Origin: Candidatus Eiseniibacteriota bacterium
GTDB lineage: Bacteria > Eisenbacteria > RBG-16-71-46 > DASYSL01
Direction of reading: 5' to 3'
Assembly: GCA_046598045.1 (NCBI GenBank)
Contig: JBKJJJ010000026.1
Location: 1 to 11,420, forward strand
DNA length: 11,420 nucleotides
Each line of letters opens with the position of its first letter. Position 1 is the first letter of the stretch. Under the pieces are notes generated by a model. That model worked only from the letters and a program-made list of their open reading frames with translations. It was not told where the DNA came from and did not search any database. This document shows positions 6,840 to 11,420 of the stretch, piece by piece. The position numbers and the translations under genes were made by a program.

Positions 6840-7997
6840 TTAAACGGCGGCGAGGCCTCGCGCGACGTCGGCGAGCAGATCGGGGGCGTCCTCACAGCCC
6901 ACGGAGAGCCGGACCAGGCCGTCCGTGAACCCCGTCGCCTCGCGCTGGGCCTTCGGCACCGAGGCGTGGGTCATGGAGGCCGGATGGGTCACCAGGCTCT
7001 CGACCCCGCCCAGCGACTCGGCGAGCGTGAACAATTCGAGGGCCTCGGCAAAGCGCTTCCCGGCGGCGAGATCGGCGAACTCGAGCGAGACGATGCCCCC
7101 GAAGCCCGACATCTGGCGCTTCGCCAGCTCATGCCCCGGATGCCCCGGCAACCCCGGGTAGAACAGCCGCTGGAGCTTCTTGTGCCCGACCAGCGCCAGC
7201 GCGATCTGCGCCGCGTTCGCCTGGTGGCGCTCCATGCGCAAGGCCAGCGTCTTGGTGCCACGCAATGCGAGCCAGCAGTCCCACGGGCCCGGCACCGCGC
7301 CCACGGCGTTCTGCAGAAAGCGCAGCCGCGTCGCGAGGTCCTCGCGCCGGACGATCAGCGCCCCACCCACCATGTCGCTGTGGCCGTTCAGGTACTTGGT
7401 CGTGGAGTGGAGCGCGACGTCGATCCCGAACTCCAGCGGCCGCTGCAGGTAGGGGGTGGCGAACGTGTTGTCGCACGCGCTGATCAGCTTGTGCTTGCCC
7501 GCGAGCTGCGCGATCGCCGTCAGGTCGGTGATGGTCAGGAGCGGGTTGGTCGGGGTCTCGACAAAGAGGAGCCGCGTCGCGGGCGTGATCGCCGCCTCGA
7601 CCGCGCCCAGGTTCGAGGTGTCGACGTAGGTCACCGACAGCCCGAAGTTCTGGAACACCTGGTCGAACAGCCGGAACGTCCCGCCGTACATGTTGTTCGA
7701 CGCCACCACGTGGTCCCCGGCCTTGAGCATGCAGAGCAGGTTCGTGGTCGCGGCGAGGCCCGAGGCATAGGCGAGCCCGTGAACGCCGTGCTCGAGCGAC
7801 GCCAGGTTCTGCTCCAGCGCTTCGCGCGTCGGGTTCTGGCTGCGGGCGTACTCGTATCCCTTGTTCTTGCCCAACGCCTCCTGGGCGTAGGTCGAGGTCT
7901 GGTACACGGGCACGGCGACGGCCCCGGTTCGCGTATCGGGCGGGTTGCCGGCGTGGATCGCGCGCGTGGAGAAGCCGGACTTGGGATCGAACGTCAC
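6840..7997 (-). CDS. metB: Cystathionine gamma-lyase/gamma-synthase (Cys/Met metabolism PLP enzyme)
   Basis: Motifs TRAIHAG, PVYQTSTY, YEYARSQNPTR, ETPTNP, DNTFATP, PLP-lysine motif HSTTKYLNGHSD, LAESLGGVESL and LVRLSVG. GGAGG precedes the GTG. The adjacent cbs gene favours gamma-lyase function, so the symbol is family-level only. Confidence 0.93.
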   Translation of the reverse strand: MTFDPKSGFSTRAIHAGNPPDTRTGAVAVPVYQTSTYAQEALGKNKGYEYARSQNPTREALEQNLASLEHGVHGLAYASGLAATTNLLCMLKAGDHVVASNNMYGGTFRLFDQVFQNFGLSVTYVDTSNLGAVEAAITPATRLLFVETPTNPLLTITDLTAIAQLAGKHKLISACDNTFATPYLQRPLEFGIDVALHSTTKYLNGHSDMVGGALIVRREDLATRLRFLQNAVGAVPGPWDCWLALRGTKTLALRMERHQANAAQIALALVGHKKLQRLFYPGLPGHPGHELAKRQMSGFGGIVSLEFADLAAGKRFAEALELFTLAESLGGVESLVTHPASMTHASVPKAQREATGFTDGLVRLSVGCEDAPDLLADVARGLAAV

Positions 7998-8010
7998 TTC
8001 GGGACCTCCG

Positions 8011-9396
8011 TCATTCCGCGAGGAGCGAGATCACGTCGAGGCGGGTGAGGATGCCGCTCGGCTCCCCTCCGTCGCCCGCGACGAGCACCGCCGATGAATG
8101 CTTCTGCTTGAGCAATTGGGCCACGCGCGTGACCGGCTCGTCCAGGCCCACGACCGGCAGCGGCGGCTCCATCAGGTCGCGCACCGGCTGATCGAGCACG
8201 GACGCGTTATCGAGCACGCGCTTCATGATCTCCGAGTCGTAGACCGTGCCCACGACCTGCTCGCCGTCGAGCACGGGGAGTTGCGACAGGTCGTACTGGC
8301 GCACCAGCTCGAGCGCGCGCCGCACCGGATCCCTGGCCGCGACCGAGAGCACGGCCCGCCCGCCGGTCGACTTGCCGAACAGGAGGTCGGAGACCAGCGT
8401 CTTGGTGGGATCGAGCAGGTGGTTGTCGCGCATCCACTCGTCGTTGTGGACCTTCGAGAGGTAGCGCTCGCCGGTATCGGGGATGATCACGACGATGACG
8501 TCCCCCGGCTTCGCCTGCTTCGCCTCCTCGATCGCCGCCCACAGCGCGGTGCCGGAGGACCCGCCGGCGAGGATGCCCTCCTCGCGCGCCAGCCGGCGTG
8601 CCAGGTTGAGCGAATCCTTGTCGCCGACGCTCACGACATCGTCGATCACGTTCCAGTCGTAGGCCTCGGGCAGGAAGTCCTCGCCGATCCCCTCGACCTT
8701 GTAGGTGTGAGCCTCGCCCATGGTGTGCTGGTGGAACCACTGGCACAGGATCGAGCCCACCGGGTCCGCGCCCACGACCCGGACTTTCGGGTTCTTCTCC
8801 TTGAGGAACTTCGCGGTCCCCGAGATCGTGCCGCCGGTGCCGATCGACGTCACATAGTGCGTCACCTTGCCCGCGGTCTGCTCCCAGATCTCCGGGCCCG
8901 TCGTCCGGTAGTGCGCCGCCGGATTCGCCGGGTTGTCGTACTGGTTCGTCAGGAACGCATTCGGGCGTTCGCGCGTGATCCGGCGTGCGACCTGGTAGTA
9001 CGACTCGGGCGAATCGGGCGGCACGGCGGTCGGGCAGACCACGACCTCGGAGCCATACGCCTTGAGCAGCGTGATCTTCTCGCGCGCGACCTTGTCCGGC
9101 ATGCAGAACACGGTCTTGAACCCCATCACGCAAGCCGCCATCGCGAGGCCGACGCCCGTGTTGCCCGAGGTGCACTCGACGATCGTCCCGCCCGGCTTGA
9201 GCTGCCCCGCCGCGACCGCCGCTTCGATCATCGACACGCCGATCCGGTCCTTCGCGCTGCCGCCCGGATTGAACGCCTCGAGCTTCCCGTAGATCGGAAC
9301 CGGCAATCCGCGGGACAGCTTCGACAGGCGCACCAGGGGGGTGTGCCCCACGGTCTGGAGGATGTTGTCGAAGACCTGCATTCCATCGTTGGACAT
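8011..9396 (-). CDS. cbs: Cystathionine beta-synthase with C-terminal CBS (Bateman) domain pair
   Basis: Motifs GHTPLVRL, PLP-lysine motif NPGGSAKDRIG, ECTSGNTG, NQYDNPANP, IGTGGTISG, YKVEGIGEDFLP and PDTGERYLSK. The C-terminal ~130 aa is a CBS pair (LSQLPVLD, GILTRLDV). An alternative start at 9381 is possible. Confidence 0.93.
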   Translation of the reverse strand: MSNDGMQVFDNILQTVGHTPLVRLSKLSRGLPVPIYGKLEAFNPGGSAKDRIGVSMIEAAVAAGQLKPGGTIVECTSGNTGVGLAMAACVMGFKTVFCMPDKVAREKITLLKAYGSEVVVCPTAVPPDSPESYYQVARRITRERPNAFLTNQYDNPANPAAHYRTTGPEIWEQTAGKVTHYVTSIGTGGTISGTAKFLKEKNPKVRVVGADPVGSILCQWFHQHTMGEAHTYKVEGIGEDFLPEAYDWNVIDDVVSVGDKDSLNLARRLAREEGILAGGSSGTALWAAIEEAKQAKPGDVIVVIIPDTGERYLSKVHNDEWMRDNHLLDPTKTLVSDLLFGKSTGGRAVLSVAARDPVRRALELVRQYDLSQLPVLDGEQVVGTVYDSEIMKRVLDNASVLDQPVRDLMEPPLPVVGLDEPVTRVAQLLKQKHSSAVLVAGDGGEPSGILTRLDVISLLAE

Positions 9397-9470
9397 GGGA
9401 CGTGGGGCTCTCTGTGGCTAGGGGGTCGGGTGCGGGTCACTGGCTGGGTCCGGGCGGACCGACGCCGCGG

Positions 9471-9479
9471 ATCATAGCA
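9471..9479 (-). promoter_or_regulatory. Putative extended -10 promoter (TG-C-TATGAT) for the cbs operon
   Basis: Minus strand TGCTATGAT about 75 nt upstream of the cbs ATG, in an AT-richer patch; no recognisable -35. Confidence 0.5.
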
Positions 9480-9636
9480 GAATCGACACCCCGATGCCCC
9501 TCGGGGCGGGCGCAGCACGGGTGCGTCGGGACGGCGTTCGTCGGGGGCGCGCGAGCTTGCGCTGGACCCGCGACCAATGCTCTGATCCTCGAGACCGACG
9601 CCCTGCGGGGCGCGACTCACCCTGGAGGGAGATGCC

Positions 9637-10026
9637 ATGAATCGATTTGCCGGTGTGGCGCTTGCGTTGCTTCGTGTCGTGGGCGGGCTGCTGCTGTTTC
9701 AACCGGGAGCGCTCAAGATGTTCGGATGGTACGGCGGAATGCCGCCGGGGAATGCGCTGACCGGACTGGTGCTCGCGGCGGGCATCATCGAGATCGTAGC
9801 CGGGCCGCTGCTCATGCTCGGTCTGTGGACGCGGCCGGTCGCGTTCCTCGCGTCGGGCGAGATGGCGGTGGCGTACTTCATGGGGCACTTCCCACACGGC
9901 TTCTGGCCGATCCAGAACCATGGCGAGCCGGCGGTGCTACTGTGCTTCATCTTCCTCTACCTGTCCGCGGTCGGGGCCGGGCCGTACAGCGTCGATGCCT
10001 GGCTTGCGGGTCGCCGCCGGACCTGA
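9637..10026 (+). CDS. DoxX family membrane protein
   Basis: 129 aa with 4 hydrophobic segments and motifs LLRVVGG, KMFG, AGIIEIVAG, LGLWTRPVAFLASGEMAVAYFMGH, WPIQNHGE and GAGPYSVDA. GGAGG RBS upstream. Confidence 0.93.
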   Translation: MNRFAGVALALLRVVGGLLLFQPGALKMFGWYGGMPPGNALTGLVLAAGIIEIVAGPLLMLGLWTRPVAFLASGEMAVAYFMGHFPHGFWPIQNHGEPAVLLCFIFLYLSAVGAGPYSVDAWLAGRRRT

Positions 10027-10043
10027 TCTTTGGGCGTCGGGGC

Positions 10044-10158
10044 GAGTTGTCAAGCCTGGGGCGAGGCCGTTCGAATTCCGGGGGCGCACGAAGCGTACGA
10101 AGCGTACGTTTTGTACGCCCTTCAAATAAGATACGCCTCGCCCCCGGCTTGACAACTC
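10044..10158. repeat. Nested inverted-repeat element (24-bp outer arms, 18-bp inner arms) between convergent genes
   Basis: 10044-10067 and 10135-10158 are reverse complements at 23/24 positions. 10082-10099 pairs with 10103-10120 (15 Watson-Crick pairs, 2 G-T, 1 mismatch). Confidence 0.9.
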
Positions 10159-10218
10159 ACCGCCTACCCACGATCGCCGAACTGGAGCCATCCGCCCAGC
10201 CACGCGCGAACGGCGCGC

Positions 10219-11343
10219 CTAGTGCGAGATGCGCGGCAGCTTCGCTGCGAAGTTCCAGCCCGGATCGTTCGCCGGTGTGTGGCACGTGATGCACACCGCT
10301 TCGGCGACCTTCCCCCCGGTCTTGGCGAACATCTCGTGCCGCGTGCCGTACCCGTGGCACGACTCGCAGCCCACGTTCATCAGCTTCGCCGTGGACTGCG
10401 CGGTGACGTAACCGCTCGGACGCTGGTAGCCGACGACATGGCACTGCACGCACTCGGGCGTCGCGTCTTTCTGCACGCGCTGCAGCGTGGCGAACGCGTG
10501 CGCGTGCTGCGTCGACTGCCATTGCTGGTACTGCGCCGTATGGCAGTTCGCGCAGGTCTCGGTGCCGAGATACTGGTCCCCGCCGGGCTTGTTTGCCTGC
10601 GGGTTCGCCTGCAGCGCGGCCGCCTGCTGCTCCTTCTGCAAGATCGCGTTCTGGCGGTCTTCCAATTCCTTCGCCAGCTTCGCGATGTCGGCGCGTTCGC
10701 CGACCTCGGGCATCAGGATCAGCGTTTCCGAATTCAGGTCCGACACCTTCTTGCCGTCGAGCGTGAGCTTGGTGAGGCCGATGTTCTGGCCCTGCTCGCC
10801 GCTGGCGACCGTGACCGAGCTGTTGACCCGGCGCCCCTGGGCCACGAAGCCCGGGTGGTGCGCCAGGATCACGACGTCGATGCCGGGCACCTGCGCCGCG
10901 AGATCCTCGCCCTCGACGCGCCCGAGGTGCGTCAGCGCGACGACCACGTCGCACTGCTGCTTCTTCAGGTCCGCGACCATCTTCTGGGCGGTCGAGATCG
11001 GGTCGTCGATCGTGACCAGCTCCCCGGCGTTGCCCGGCAACTCGATCTTCGGGCCGATCACCGAGAAGATGCCGACCTTGAGGCCGCCCTTGCGCACGAT
11101 CACCGAGGTCTTGAACGCCGGCTTGCCGGTCTTCTTGTCGATCAGGTTCGACGAGATGAGCGGCGTCTTCGCCTTGAGCGCCATGGACTGGAGTTTCTCG
11201 TAGCCGAAGCCCAGCTCGCGCTCGCCGATGCCGGCCGCGTCGTAGCCCATGAGACCCATGGTCTCGAGCTGGAACGCGAACTTGGCCTCCTCGTGCGGCT
11301 TCGCCGGGTCAGGCGCCCAGTCGCCGCCGTCCACGACGACAGC
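10219..11343 (-). CDS. UshA/5'-nucleotidase-like metallophosphoesterase-fold domain fused to a tetraheme cytochrome c (c554-like); 5'-partial
   Basis: N-terminal domain: VVVDGGDW, MGYDAAGIGERELGFG, PLISSNL, GLKVGIFSV, CDVVVALTHLG, PGIDVVILAHH. C-terminal domain: YLGTETCANCH...WQSTQHAHAF, CVQCH, NVGCESCHG, CITCH. Sequence beyond 11343 is a fold-back, so the ORF-track start at 11415 is not trusted. Confidence 0.85.
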   Translation of the reverse strand, partial: AVVVDGGDWAPDPAKPHEEAKFAFQLETMGLMGYDAAGIGERELGFGYEKLQSMALKAKTPLISSNLIDKKTGKPAFKTSVIVRKGGLKVGIFSVIGPKIELPGNAGELVTIDDPISTAQKMVADLKKQQCDVVVALTHLGRVEGEDLAAQVPGIDVVILAHHPGFVAQGRRVNSSVTVASGEQGQNIGLTKLTLDGKKVSDLNSETLILMPEVGERADIAKLAKELEDRQNAILQKEQQAAALQANPQANKPGGDQYLGTETCANCHTAQYQQWQSTQHAHAFATLQRVQKDATPECVQCHVVGYQRPSGYVTAQSTAKLMNVGCESCHGYGTRHEMFAKTGGKVAEAVCITCHTPANDPGWNFAAKLPRISH

Positions 11344-11420
11344 ACGAGGATCAAGTACGGCGACGCTGTCGTCGTGGACGGCGGCGACTGGGCGCCTGAC
11401 CCGGCGAAGCCGCACGAGGA
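11288..11420. repeat. Perfect 56-bp inverted repeat with 21-nt spacer, running to the window end (likely fold-back artefact)
   Basis: 11365-11420 is the exact reverse complement of 11288-11343, which is coding sequence. Confidence 0.95.

Noticed and set aside
305..9477. Long plus-strand ORFs (e.g. 898-2160, 2662-4728, 4458-6338, 5537-6928, 6819-8048, 8098-9477) and alternative-frame minus ORFs (1154-1885, 2006-3592, 8207-9175)
   Set aside because: They are antisense or frame shadows of well-supported genes in high-GC DNA, Arg/Ala/Gly-rich, with no recognisable motifs.
9397..9636. SAM riboswitch or T-box upstream of the cbs operon
   Set aside because: No SAM-I/II/IV or T-box consensus was recognised, and the predicted leader is only about 70 nt.
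10044..10158. Integron attC site, CRISPR repeat or IS200/IS605 end
   Set aside because: No RYYYAAC/GTTRRRY core sites, no repeat-spacer array, and no integrase, cas, tnpB or iscB gene in the window.
11344..11415. ORF-track start (11415) for the cytochrome fusion, or a programmed frameshift with ORF 11142-11354
   Set aside because: The region lies within the fold-back duplication, and the short ORF is an out-of-frame shadow.

Overview
GC-rich bacterial chromosomal segment, almost entirely minus-strand. Reading right to left there are six parts. (1) A 5'-truncated UshA/5'-nucleotidase-like protein with a degenerate metal site, fused to a four-CxxCH cytochrome c. Its 5' end is lost in a perfect 56-bp fold-back at the window end, probably an assembly or amplification artefact. 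(2) A ~150-bp nested-palindrome element between convergent genes. (3) A plus-strand DoxX-family gene, divergent from a cystathionine beta-synthase and cystathionine gamma-lyase/synthase pair. (4) A sigma70-like promoter overlapped by a perfect 16-bp palindrome, a ~240-nt hairpin-rich leader, a 61-aa Thr-rich lipoprotein and a terminator. (5) yajQ. (6) A probable ECF-sigma-driven envelope operon: DUF4097-like lipoprotein, bactofilin-like repeat membrane protein, multi-TM GAF-PP2C phosphatase, DedA/VTT protein and a hydantoinase/oxoprolinase gene running off the left edge. No tRNA, rRNA, CRISPR array or transposase was seen. All family calls come from recognising motifs by eye, not from database searches.
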